Source of the DNA: Bacteroidales bacterium
GTDB lineage: Bacteria > Bacteroidota > Bacteroidia > Bacteroidales > JAADGE01
NCBI GenBank assembly: GCA_021648725.1
Contig: JAKISF010000002.1
Location: 32,002 to 96,001, forward strand
Direction: 5' to 3'
Length of the DNA stretch: 64,000 bases
Part shown: positions 47,088-55,122 of the stretch, piece by piece
How positions within the stretch are numbered: position 1 is the stretch's first letter
Layout: every line of letters begins with the position of its first letter
Notes under the pieces: model-generated
What the model was told of the DNA's origin: nothing
Database searches by the model: none
What the model saw: only the letters and a program-made list of their open reading frames with translations
Translations under genes and position numbers: made by a program

Positions 47088-48320
47088 ATGAAACGAATAT
47101 TAAAAATAGCAAGTGCTTTACTTTTAACTTTTAGCTTTGGGCTTTCCGTTGTTTACGCCCAAGCTCCGGAAAAAATGAGTTACCAAGCGGTAATAAGAGA
47201 TGCCGGTAACAACTTAATAGCCAATCAAACCGTAGAAATGCAAATAAGCATTTTACAAGGCTCTGCAACAGGCACGGAAGTTTATGTAGAAACACAAAGC
47301 CCTACAACCAATGCTAACGGATTGGTAAGCATTGAAATAGGAACGGGAACCGTGGTAAGTGGCAATTTTACCGCCATAGACTGGGCAAACGACACTTATT
47401 TTATAAAAACAGAAACCGACCCGACAGGCGGAACAAATTACACAATTACGGGAACAAGCCAGTTGTTAAGTGTACCTTATGCTTTGCATGCTAAAACAGC
47501 CGAAAGTTTAACGGGAACAGTAAATTATACCGAAACCGACCCGGTTTTCGGAGCATCTATTGCCAATGGTATTACAGCAGCAGATACCGCCAATTGGAAC
47601 AACCACACCGTTGATACCGATACACATATTGATTCAACAGGAATAGCAGGTTTAGGGTATGTTGCAGGAGCACACACTGTTGACACCGATACACACATAG
47701 ATTCTGCCGGTATTGCAGGTTTAGGATATGTAGCAGGAGCACACGTTGATTCTACTGCTATAGCCAATATGGGATTTGTAGCAGGTGGTGGTAGTGGTGG
47801 ATACTCTGTTGGCGATTTTGCACAAGGTGGTATAGTATTTTGGGTTGACGAAACAGGAAAACACGGATTGGTTTGTGCAAAATCTGACCAAAACGGAGAA
47901 AGTAGTGTAAGATGGTATGCAGGAACTTATGGTAATACTCAAGCAAAAGGAGACGGGCCTTATGCGGGAAAGGCAAATACAGCAATAATAATTGCCGCAC
48001 AAGTAGCAATTGGAGATGACGGAAATACCTATGCAGCTCGAATATGTAATGAATTACAAATTACCGAAGGCGGAAAAACTTATGGCGATTGGTATTTACC
48101 TTCAATAGCAGAACTTACTCTAATGTATCAAAATAGAGCAACTATTAATGCAACAGCTACAACAAATGGTGGTGCTAATTTTGTTAATAATATGCTCTAT
48201 TGGAGTTCTACAGATATCAATAATAATAACGCTTGGGGCTTCAATTTCTACTATGGTACCCCAGACAATATCGGCTTTAAGGACAACCCTTATAGAGTGA
48301 GAGCCGTCAGAGCTTTTTAA
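47088..48320 (+). CDS. secreted fibre-like protein with a C-terminal DUF1566 (Lcl C-terminal / lectin-like) domain
   Basis: Signal peptide (VVYAQA) and an N-terminal block shared with the next gene. 23-aa HTVDTDTHIDSxGIAGLGYVAGA repeats are present. The C-terminus GGIVFWVDETG.HGLV...WYLPSIAELTLMY...YWSST...AWGFNF..G......K.N.YRVRAVRAF matches the DUF1566 pattern. Confidence 0.75.
   Translation: MKRILKIASALLLTFSFGLSVVYAQAPEKMSYQAVIRDAGNNLIANQTVEMQISILQGSATGTEVYVETQSPTTNANGLVSIEIGTGTVVSGNFTAIDWANDTYFIKTETDPTGGTNYTITGTSQLLSVPYALHAKTAESLTGTVNYTETDPVFGASIANGITAADTANWNNHTVDTDTHIDSTGIAGLGYVAGAHTVDTDTHIDSAGIAGLGYVAGAHVDSTAIANMGFVAGGGSGGYSVGDFAQGGIVFWVDETGKHGLVCAKSDQNGESSVRWYAGTYGNTQAKGDGPYAGKANTAIIIAAQVAIGDDGNTYAARICNELQITEGGKTYGDWYLPSIAELTLMYQNRATINATATTNGGANFVNNMLYWSSTDINNNNAWGFNFYYGTPDNIGFKDNPYRVRAVRAF
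47160..47741 (+). repeat. shared N-terminal block, copy A (collinear with 48586-49167)
   Basis: There is a constant offset of 1426 nt to the copy in the next gene, with no indels over 582 nt. The last ~150 nt are almost identical. Confidence 0.8.
47604..47789 (+). repeat. in-frame 69-bp tandem repeat, ~2.7 copies
   Basis: Units at 47604-47672 and 47673-47741 both encode HTVDTDTHIDS(T/A)GIAGLGYVAGA. A degenerate partial unit encoding HVDSTAIANMGFVAGG runs to 47789. Confidence 0.85.
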
Positions 48321-48360
48321 CCTGGTGAAATAATTTTAAAAATGGATTTTTGCTAAGCAA

Positions 48361-48387
48361 CCTGTCAGGTTTTAAAAATCTGACAGG
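48361..48387 (+). terminator. hairpin between the two fibre-like genes
   Basis: CCTGTCAG (48361-48368) pairs with CTGACAGG (48380-48387) around an 11-nt loop. Only a weak T-run follows. Confidence 0.4.
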
Positions 48388-48513
48388 TTTACAAATAAAA
48401 CCCACAATGTGGGTAAAATAATTAAAAACGATATGAGACTGTCCGTTAAAATGAATTTTCTTTTTCAGAAAGTTTGTATCAAGGACACAATCATAACTTA
48501 AAAATTAAAAACA

Positions 48514-50991
48514 ATGAAAAAGATAATTCAATATACAGCAATGGTACTTTTTATTTGTACCGTTTCACTTTCAACTGCTTTTGCACAAGCACCCGAAAAA
48601 ATGAGTTACCAAGCCGTAATTCGCGATGCAAGTAATAATTTAGTAATTTCTCAATCCGTAGGAATGCAAATAAGCATTTTACAAAGCTCTGAAACAGGCA
48701 CGGAAGTTTATGTTGAAACACAAAACCCTACAACCAATACCAACGGATTGGTAAGTATTGAAATAGGAACGGGAACTGTGGTAAGCGGCGATTTCACTAC
48801 AATAGATTGGGCAAACGACACCTATTTTGTAAAAACAGAAACCGACCCGACAGGCGGAACAAACTATACCATAACGGGAACAAGCCAACTATTAAGTGTA
48901 CCTTACGCTTTGCACGCTAAAACAGCCGAAAACATTACAGGAACTGTAAGTTATACCGAAACTGACCCAATATTTGGAGCATCTATTGCCAATGGTATAA
49001 CAGCGGCAGACACAGCCAATTGGAACAACCACACCATTGATACCGATACACATATTGATTCAGCAGGAATAGCAGGTTTAGGGTATGTTGCAGGAGCACA
49101 CACTGTTGACACCGATACACACATAGATTCTGCCGGTATCGCAGTTTTTGGTTATGTAGCAGGAGGAATAACCGCAGAAGCAGACGGAGACCCAACCAAC
49201 GAAATACAAACCATATCAAAACCGGGCCCATCTCCGGTTGTTTATTTGTCTAATGGCGGAGGGAGTTTTGTTGATGCAGTAAACGATGCTGATGCTGACC
49301 CTCTGAACGAACTGCAAACAATATCCAGAATCTTAGATATCGTGACCTTATCCAATACAGGCGGTTCTTTTTCGGTAAACGATGTCGATGCTGACCCATT
49401 AAATGAACTTCAAGATATTTCGTTAAGCGGTAACAGTCTGAGCATTAGCAGCGGCTCTACGCTTGATTTATCCGGTATCGGTTTTGATGGTGATTTCAAT
49501 AATTTAACCAATGTACCCGTTAATTTAGACACAAATTTTACCGATGATTTTGACGGACAATACAGCAGTTTAACCGGCGTACCAACCAATGTAAGTGTGT
49601 TTACGAACGATGCAGGTTATTTGACATCTTTCTCAGAAACCGATCCGGCTTTTACAGCTGCGCCGGCATTTGGTATTACTAATACCTTAATGACCAATTG
49701 GAGCACCGCTTATTCTTGGGGAAACCATGCTGCACAAGGTTATTTAACTTCTTTTATTGAGGTAGATGGAGACTCTACCAATGAAATACAAAACTTATCA
49801 ATTAGTGGTAATAATTTAAGTATTTCCGGTACGGGGGGAAATACGGTTGCTTTACCAACAAGTTCTTCTCCTTGGACAATTAGCGGAAGTGATATTTACA
49901 GAGCAAGTGGTAACGTAGGAATAGGAACAACTACACCAAGCACAGTTGTAGAGGTTGCAGATAATTTTCCTCTTTTTTCATTAACGGATAATGATAATTT
50001 AGAAACAGATGGGAATTATCAATCTTATTTCCAAGGATTAGATATGGCAGGAACAGAAACATGGTATGTTGGTGAAGGATCTACAGGTAAATTAGTTGGT
50101 TTGATGGCTTCTCGCCCTAATTATGATTTGTTTTTAGGTACTAATTCTATTGAACAGATGACCATCAAAGCTGATGGGAAAACAGGAATAGGAACAACAA
50201 CACCATTAACTACTTTAGATGTTGACGGAGACATTAGAGGAACATCTTTTAAATTAGGTAACACAACTACTATCGGTAATTATTTTCATGTAGGTTTTAA
50301 TGCCAACGGTACAGATACCGATATAAAATACGGTTCAGGTTTAATAGCCTTTATACCGGGAGGAAGCAGTAATATTCCTTTAGCATTAAACAATACGGGA
50401 GATGCTTTAATGGCGTTAGGAAGCAGTAATGTGGGTATTGGCACTTTCTCTCCAACCGAAAAGTTAGAGGTAAGTGGTTCTGTTAAAATTACAGATGGAA
50501 CAGAAGGTGCAGGAAAAGTATTAACTTCTGATGCCAATGGTAAAGCAAGTTGGGTAACTCCGACAACTACCGGGGGTACAGGCGGTCTGGTTTCGCAAGG
50601 AGGTGAAGTTCGAAGAGATTTTATTACATTTAATACTACTGATAATACAGCTAATCCAATACATATCAAAACAAACATACCTGAATATTCAAACACCATG
50701 TACCGTATATTGGTTGAAGGTTATGCTTATGGAGTAAGTGCGGTAATTAATTCAGATGTAGCTGGTTATACATTTGGATCAACTGCAGGTATAAGTAATC
50801 CAAGTGCTAATAATTATGCTTCGGGGGTCTCAATATCTCAATACATCAGTTCTGATGGTTTTGTCGTTGTTAAATTAACTACAACATATAATTATTACTT
50901 AGGTTTTTCTGCCTCAGCTTGGTTTGTTAATCCTACAGGTACTAATTTCCCAATTAGTGCTACGGCAGTTGTTAGTGCAACTAATTTATAA
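48514..50991 (+). CDS. secreted long tail-fibre-like / adhesin-like protein
   Basis: Signal peptide (TAFAQA) and the same N-terminal block and 23-aa repeats as the previous gene. D-x-D-P-(L/T)-N-E-(L/I)-Q spacer motifs recur (x4). Repeated GIGTTTP....(L/V)(D/E)V motifs are of the kind seen in phage tail-fibre-like proteins. The C-terminal ~200 aa domain is distinct and unrecognised. Confidence 0.7.
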   Translation: MKKIIQYTAMVLFICTVSLSTAFAQAPEKMSYQAVIRDASNNLVISQSVGMQISILQSSETGTEVYVETQNPTTNTNGLVSIEIGTGTVVSGDFTTIDWANDTYFVKTETDPTGGTNYTITGTSQLLSVPYALHAKTAENITGTVSYTETDPIFGASIANGITAADTANWNNHTIDTDTHIDSAGIAGLGYVAGAHTVDTDTHIDSAGIAVFGYVAGGITAEADGDPTNEIQTISKPGPSPVVYLSNGGGSFVDAVNDADADPLNELQTISRILDIVTLSNTGGSFSVNDVDADPLNELQDISLSGNSLSISSGSTLDLSGIGFDGDFNNLTNVPVNLDTNFTDDFDGQYSSLTGVPTNVSVFTNDAGYLTSFSETDPAFTAAPAFGITNTLMTNWSTAYSWGNHAAQGYLTSFIEVDGDSTNEIQNLSISGNNLSISGTGGNTVALPTSSSPWTISGSDIYRASGNVGIGTTTPSTVVEVADNFPLFSLTDNDNLETDGNYQSYFQGLDMAGTETWYVGEGSTGKLVGLMASRPNYDLFLGTNSIEQMTIKADGKTGIGTTTPLTTLDVDGDIRGTSFKLGNTTTIGNYFHVGFNANGTDTDIKYGSGLIAFIPGGSSNIPLALNNTGDALMALGSSNVGIGTFSPTEKLEVSGSVKITDGTEGAGKVLTSDANGKASWVTPTTTGGTGGLVSQGGEVRRDFITFNTTDNTANPIHIKTNIPEYSNTMYRILVEGYAYGVSAVINSDVAGYTFGSTAGISNPSANNYASGVSISQYISSDGFVVVKLTTTYNYYLGFSASAWFVNPTGTNFPISATAVVSATNL
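48586..49167 (+). repeat. shared N-terminal block, copy B (collinear with 47160-47741)
   Basis: See copy A. This copy includes two 69-bp units at 49030-49098 and 49099-49167. Confidence 0.8.
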
Positions 50992-51040
50992 TAAAAATGT
51001 CTTTAAGCATCTATTTTGGAGCTTATAAAAAATAAAAATA

Positions 51041-51125
51041 ATGAAAAAAATAATAACAACAGTATTTACCATTCTTTTAGGATAAGGCCGGGAACTTGTA
51101 CGTTCGCGCAGTTCGGGCTTTTTAA
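51041..51125 (+). pseudogene. remnant of a third DUF1566-type gene (signal-peptide start joined to the last codons)
   Basis: ATG at 51041 encodes MKKIITTVFTILLG, then a stop at 51083-51085. A different frame then reads ...KAGNLYVRAVRAF* (stop 51123-51125). This is the same YRVRAVRAF* ending as the 47088 gene but with different codons. Confidence 0.5.
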
Positions 51126-51165
51126 CTATTTATCACTTTAACAATTAGCGTGGTAGTAGATTTTA

Positions 51166-51202
51166 TTTTTTTGAGTTGAGTAAATTGCTCAACTCAAAAA
51201 AA
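51166..51202. terminator. bidirectional-looking rho-independent terminator
   Basis: TTTTTTTGAGTTGAG (51166-51180), loop TAAATTG, then CTCAACTCAAAAAAA (51188-51202). The stem is perfect, with T- and A-runs on either side. Confidence 0.6.
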
Positions 51203-51294
51203 CTTTACAAATATGGCATTATCACATCCTTTACTATTTTAAAATAATATAAATATTAATCAAAATTATATGATAATAACACAATATTAAACAT

Positions 51295-51302
51295 TACTTT
51301 TG
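51295..51302 (+). promoter_or_regulatory. TAnnTTTG -7 box
   Basis: TACTTTTG lies 34 nt upstream of the ATG at 51337. Confidence 0.35.
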
Positions 51303-51336
51303 TGTTTACAGTTTAAATATTTATTCTAACATAAAA

Positions 51337-51534
51337 ATGCTTAAAAAAGCAGCCTATTATATAATGTCTTTTATCCTGTTACTCTCTGTAATAGGAATAA
51401 CCGTGAATAAACATTATTCGGGAAATAAATTATTTTCTGTATCTCTTTTTCTTGAAGCTGACAGTTGCTGTGACATTCCGTGCGATTGCTGCACCGACAC
51501 ATCAGAAACACACAGCCTGACAGACAGTTTTGTT
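51337..51534 (+). repeat. direct repeat copy B
   Basis: ~93% identical to 45986-46183. Confidence 0.8.
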
Positions 51535-51708
51535 AAATCAGATTTCATCTCTGATCAAAAAACTGTAGTTAAAACGGTTTCATTTTATGTCAATACCTTT
51601 AAGAGTTATTTTTTAACAGAAACAAAACATATTCTCTCGGACAACTTTAAATCCTTAAAGCAAATTGTCCTGAATTCCTCAGCCTTTCTTCAGTCTTTCA
51701 GACTATAG
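51337..51708 (+). CDS. small Cys-rich single-pass membrane protein, paralog 2 of 3
   Basis: 123 aa. The first ~66 aa are nearly identical to the 45986 product (SCCDIPCDCC cluster). The middle is divergent, and the C-terminus is the same (FLQSFRL). Confidence 0.7.
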   Translation: MLKKAAYYIMSFILLLSVIGITVNKHYSGNKLFSVSLFLEADSCCDIPCDCCTDTSETHSLTDSFVKSDFISDQKTVVKTVSFYVNTFKSYFLTETKHILSDNFKSLKQIVLNSSAFLQSFRL

Positions 51709-51839
51709 GATAAATCTGCATATACGGTAAACTTTACTTTTAGAGAAGTTATACCTTATCCGGGTTTATAGTAATATAACAAATAAAATAACTGCAAATT
51801 TCGGTTTATCCGAAATATAATAAAATTAATAATAAACAA

Positions 51840-52358
51840 ATGAAAACTTTTAAAATATTATCAATTACGGCAATTATTGCAATGTCTGTTGCAATAGTTT
51901 CATGTGATAAAAATAATCAAATTAAAGATTTGACAATTGATATAGTCGGGTCATATACAGGAACGGTTACAAGCAACAATAAAGCAGGAGTGTCTGATGC
52001 AACAGCAGATATTACAAGAACTGATGACAACCAAATAGAAATTCATTGTTACGGAAGTGAAATTGATACAACATTTATTCAACGTCTTTTTGAAGACGGA
52101 GATATGATACAAATGTGTACCGTGGGTAATGATTTTTATAATGAATACGGACACGACATGACAGATCAAAGCGAGCATCACAATATGATGAAAGATTCCG
52201 AAGGAATGTCTTGGGCACACCACATGGATGAAGAACATGAAAACGGTGATGAACATTACGGATTATATAATAGTAATTCAAATGTATTTACCTATACATT
52301 CAAAATTATGTCCGGAAACACATCATATACAGCCGAGTTTTTCGGTGAAAGGAATTAA
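51840..52358 (+). CDS. His/Met-rich periplasmic lipoprotein (probable metal-binding)
   Basis: Lipoprotein signal (AIVSCDKN). An acidic His/Met-rich stretch follows: HDMTDQSEHHNMMKDSEGMSWAHHMDEEHENGDEHY. Confidence 0.65.
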   Translation: MKTFKILSITAIIAMSVAIVSCDKNNQIKDLTIDIVGSYTGTVTSNNKAGVSDATADITRTDDNQIEIHCYGSEIDTTFIQRLFEDGDMIQMCTVGNDFYNEYGHDMTDQSEHHNMMKDSEGMSWAHHMDEEHENGDEHYGLYNSNSNVFTYTFKIMSGNTSYTAEFFGERN

Positions 52359-52365
52359 CAGAAAA

Positions 52366-52399
52366 CTGCATACAGGCGAAAAACATTGCCTGTATGCAG
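52366..52399 (+). terminator. hairpin after the His-rich lipoprotein gene
   Basis: CTGCATACAGGC (52366-52377) pairs with GCCTGTATGCAG (52388-52399), a perfect 12-bp stem with a 10-nt loop. Confidence 0.55.
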
Positions 52400-52438
52400 T
52401 ACAATTTTAAATAAATATAATAATTAAAATCTTTTAAA

Positions 52439-52864
52439 ATGAAAAAATCAGTATATATATTAGCCCTTTTGGTCTTCTCTGTTGCCGCAACAGCAATGAT
52501 GACACCAAAAAAAATGTTTAACTTTAACATCGGTCAAACTGATGAGTGGGTTGCTCCAAAAAGTGCCGATAATAATAAAAACCCATTTTCAGGAAATGAA
52601 GAAGCAGCCAAATTCGGAAAAAAACTTTACAAGCAAAACTGTGCAATTTGCCACGGAAACAAAGGTATGGGCGATGGGCTTGCAGGTATGAGTCTGAAGC
52701 CGAAACCGACAAACCTTACAACAGAAAATTTTAATAAACAATCAGACGGTGCAATTTTCTGGAAATTAACAGAGGGAAATTCTCCGATGCCTTCGTATAA
52801 AAAAACATTCACGGAAAAACAGCGTTGGCAGGTCGTAACTTATTTAAGAGAAATTAAGAAATAG
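52439..52864 (+). CDS. monohaem class I c-type cytochrome (periplasmic)
   Basis: Signal peptide; a single CAICH motif in the context LYKQNCAICHGNKGMGDG; a distal Met candidate (SPMPSY). Confidence 0.85.
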   Translation: MKKSVYILALLVFSVAATAMMTPKKMFNFNIGQTDEWVAPKSADNNKNPFSGNEEAAKFGKKLYKQNCAICHGNKGMGDGLAGMSLKPKPTNLTTENFNKQSDGAIFWKLTEGNSPMPSYKKTFTEKQRWQVVTYLREIKK

Positions 52865-52969
52865 CTTATAGGTTTTTTGTAATGAAATTAAGCGTACAAG
52901 GAATTTTATTACAAATTTCACAGATATCTAAATCTGTGATAACCTTTTAAGAATTTAAAAAATATACAA

Positions 52970-54172
52970 ATGAAAAACATACTGTTTGTCGTAATATTAA
53001 TTCTTTTTTCTGTATCTGGCATTTTTTCTCAAAATTACGATAATCAAAAATTTGAGAAAATGAGAAATGAAATTGACAGCCTGAAAGAATTAAGTAAACC
53101 CGGAAAAAGCAATTTTTTATTGAGAGGGTATTCTCATTCCGGTCTTGAAATAACAAAGGATAATACGTCTTTTGTTGGTGGGTCGTTTAACCCGATTTTT
53201 ATTTATAAACAATCTGACAGATTATTGTTTGAAAGTGAACTGGAGTTTGAACTTGAAGATAGAAATTTAGCTATAGGTCTGGAATATGCAAATATTTCCT
53301 ATCTGCTTACCAAGTCTTTAACTCTTCGATTCGGTAAAGTTCTTACACCTTTCGGAATTTTTGTTGACAGAATGCATCCGGCATGGATTGATAAGTTTTC
53401 TTCAAATCCGCTCGGCATAGGTCACGGAGGAATACTTCCGAGCTCCGATATAGGAATTGAATTGAGAGGTGCATCATATTTAGGGTCTTCAAAAGTTAAT
53501 TATTCAATTTATGTTATGAACGGACCTCGCCTGAATGAAGGCGATGAGGAGCCGGAAGAAGCCGGACAATTGCATTTTGATAACTTTCCCGATAACAACA
53601 GAGGTAAAACAGTCGGCGGAAGATTGGGATTTTTGCCCTTATCAAACTCTTCGTTAGAAGTCGGTTTTTCCGGAATGTACGGAAAAGTAGGATCCAAAGA
53701 TTCAGAATATTTAAATGTCGCTTCCGCTTTATATGCAATAGACCTTTCTTACATACAAAACTTACCGTTTATGCAAAGCGTACTCGATATAAAAGGTCAA
53801 TACAGCGGTATAGTTACGGATGACGCAAACTACACAGATACCGAAAATCTTTTAGACCCTACGGCTCTATATACTTTTGATAACCGTAGTTCAACATTTT
53901 TTGCACAATTGGCATTAAGACCTGCAATGGTAAACAACAAAATTCTGAGAAATTTTGAAGTAGCAGGAAGATATTCTGATATTGCTACACCTGTCGGTTC
54001 ATTATGGGAAACAAATCTTAATCAATGGGAGTTCAGCTTAAATTATTGGTTAAACTGGCGAACTGTTTTTAAACTCTCATACCGAACAACACAAGAAGAT
54101 GCCGAACAGGGTGAAAGTGCCGAAAGTCTTACCGGTAATGCGTTACTGTTTCATTGGGCAATCGGGTTTTAA
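52970..54172 (+). CDS. outer-membrane porin (OprO/P-like or uncharacterised beta-barrel)
   Basis: Signal peptide, a short coiled segment, then alternating beta-strand pattern throughout. The terminal residues are ...LLFHWAIGF with a C-terminal Phe. Confidence 0.65.
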   Translation: MKNILFVVILILFSVSGIFSQNYDNQKFEKMRNEIDSLKELSKPGKSNFLLRGYSHSGLEITKDNTSFVGGSFNPIFIYKQSDRLLFESELEFELEDRNLAIGLEYANISYLLTKSLTLRFGKVLTPFGIFVDRMHPAWIDKFSSNPLGIGHGGILPSSDIGIELRGASYLGSSKVNYSIYVMNGPRLNEGDEEPEEAGQLHFDNFPDNNRGKTVGGRLGFLPLSNSSLEVGFSGMYGKVGSKDSEYLNVASALYAIDLSYIQNLPFMQSVLDIKGQYSGIVTDDANYTDTENLLDPTALYTFDNRSSTFFAQLALRPAMVNNKILRNFEVAGRYSDIATPVGSLWETNLNQWEFSLNYWLNWRTVFKLSYRTTQEDAEQGESAESLTGNALLFHWAIGF

Positions 54173-54212
54173 TTATTTTCTAAAAACGTTTTAACTATTT
54201 AATCAATTTAAT

Positions 54213-54494
54213 ATGAAAAAGATAAAAAAAACAATACTGTTTAACGGCTTCGGATTATTTATTCTTATTTTTCTGATTTCCTTATTAAGTAATTGTGCCG
54301 TAAATGATGATGTGAAAGCTAAAAGCGGAGCACAACTATGGGGAGAAAGTTGTTTGAGATGCCACAATAATCCGTCACCGGAAACATTCGGAGATGTTGA
54401 TTGGGATGTTGCCGTTATGCATATGCGAATACGTGCAAATTTAACGGATGAAGAAGCCAAAAAAATTGCAAAGTTCCTGAAAACTGCAAATTAA
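54213..54494 (+). CDS. small lipoprotein with a single CxxCH (putative monohaem cytochrome)
   Basis: Lipobox (LLSNC). A single CLRCH motif occurs in QLWGESCLRCHNNPSP, with a downstream Met/His pair (VMHM). Confidence 0.6.
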   Translation: MKKIKKTILFNGFGLFILIFLISLLSNCAVNDDVKAKSGAQLWGESCLRCHNNPSPETFGDVDWDVAVMHMRIRANLTDEEAKKIAKFLKTAN

Positions 54495-54597
54495 ATTGCA
54501 ATGTTTCAAAATTTTATAAATATTATTCAGAATTTTATAAACAAATATGACAGAAAAATGTTTTATTTGTATTAATTATTAACTAACAATCAAAAAA

Positions 54598-55008
54598 ATG
54601 AAAAAAGTAATCTTTTTAGTATCAGCAATACTCTTTACAATCAGTTTTTCTGTTGTTTCGGCACAAAGTGGCGGATGTTGCAACAAATCATATTCAAAAT
54701 CATCTTGCAATAAAAATAAAAGCAAAGAAAGTTTCAACTCAACAAAAGGTGAGAAAGAAACAACCTTTAAAGTTGCAGGTAATTGTGGTATGTGTGAGGC
54801 AAGAATTGAAAAAGCAGCTCTCAATGTAAAAGATGTTAAATCCGCAGAATGGAATAAAGAAACCAAAATGCTGAAAATAACTTACACCGGAAATGTTAAT
54901 AAAGAAGAAGTGCAAAAATCAATTGCTGCGGCAGGTCATGATACCGGCAAGTTTAAGGCAAAAGATGCAGTTTATAATGCACTCCCCGGATGTTGCAAAT
55001 ACAGATAA
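54598..55008 (+). CDS. secreted heavy-metal-associated (HMA) domain protein with an N-terminal Cys cluster
   Basis: Signal peptide; GGCCNKSYSKSSC; HMA-like fold with FKVAGNCGMCEARIEKA; C-terminal PGCCKYR. Confidence 0.8.
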   Translation: MKKVIFLVSAILFTISFSVVSAQSGGCCNKSYSKSSCNKNKSKESFNSTKGEKETTFKVAGNCGMCEARIEKAALNVKDVKSAEWNKETKMLKITYTGNVNKEEVQKSIAAAGHDTGKFKAKDAVYNALPGCCKYR

Positions 55009-55030
55009 TCTGTTTCTTCAACAAACAATT

Positions 55031-55066
55031 AAAGGCTTGTAAATTATAACTTTACAAGCCTTTTTT
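55031..55066 (+). terminator. rho-independent terminator
   Basis: AAAGGCTTGTAAA (55031-55043) pairs with TTTACAAGCCTTT (55051-55063), running into a T-run. Confidence 0.7.
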
Positions 55067-55122
55067 GCAAAATAATGCACATTTTAAACTGAATTATGTG
55101 AAAACATCATCAAAAAACACAG

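Noticed and set aside
47604-49167. Regularly spaced repeats that might suggest a CRISPR array.
   Set aside because: The 69-bp units are directly tandem with no spacers. They are in frame inside long ORFs and encode a conserved 23-aa peptide. No cas genes are present.
50286-50699. A 137-aa minus-strand ORF inside the long fibre gene, and similar ones at 47525-48009 and 48679-49231.
   Set aside because: They are nested antisense to ORFs with signal peptides and conserved repeats, and have no start context or motifs.
47900-51125. A diversity-generating retroelement: DUF1566/lectin-like C-termini are known DGR targets, and a second ...VRAVRAF* fragment at 51086-51125 might be a template repeat.
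   Set aside because: The two 3' ends share only the amino-acid motif and the last ~10 nt. They are not a near-identical repeat differing at adenines. No reverse transcriptase ORF is present in the window.
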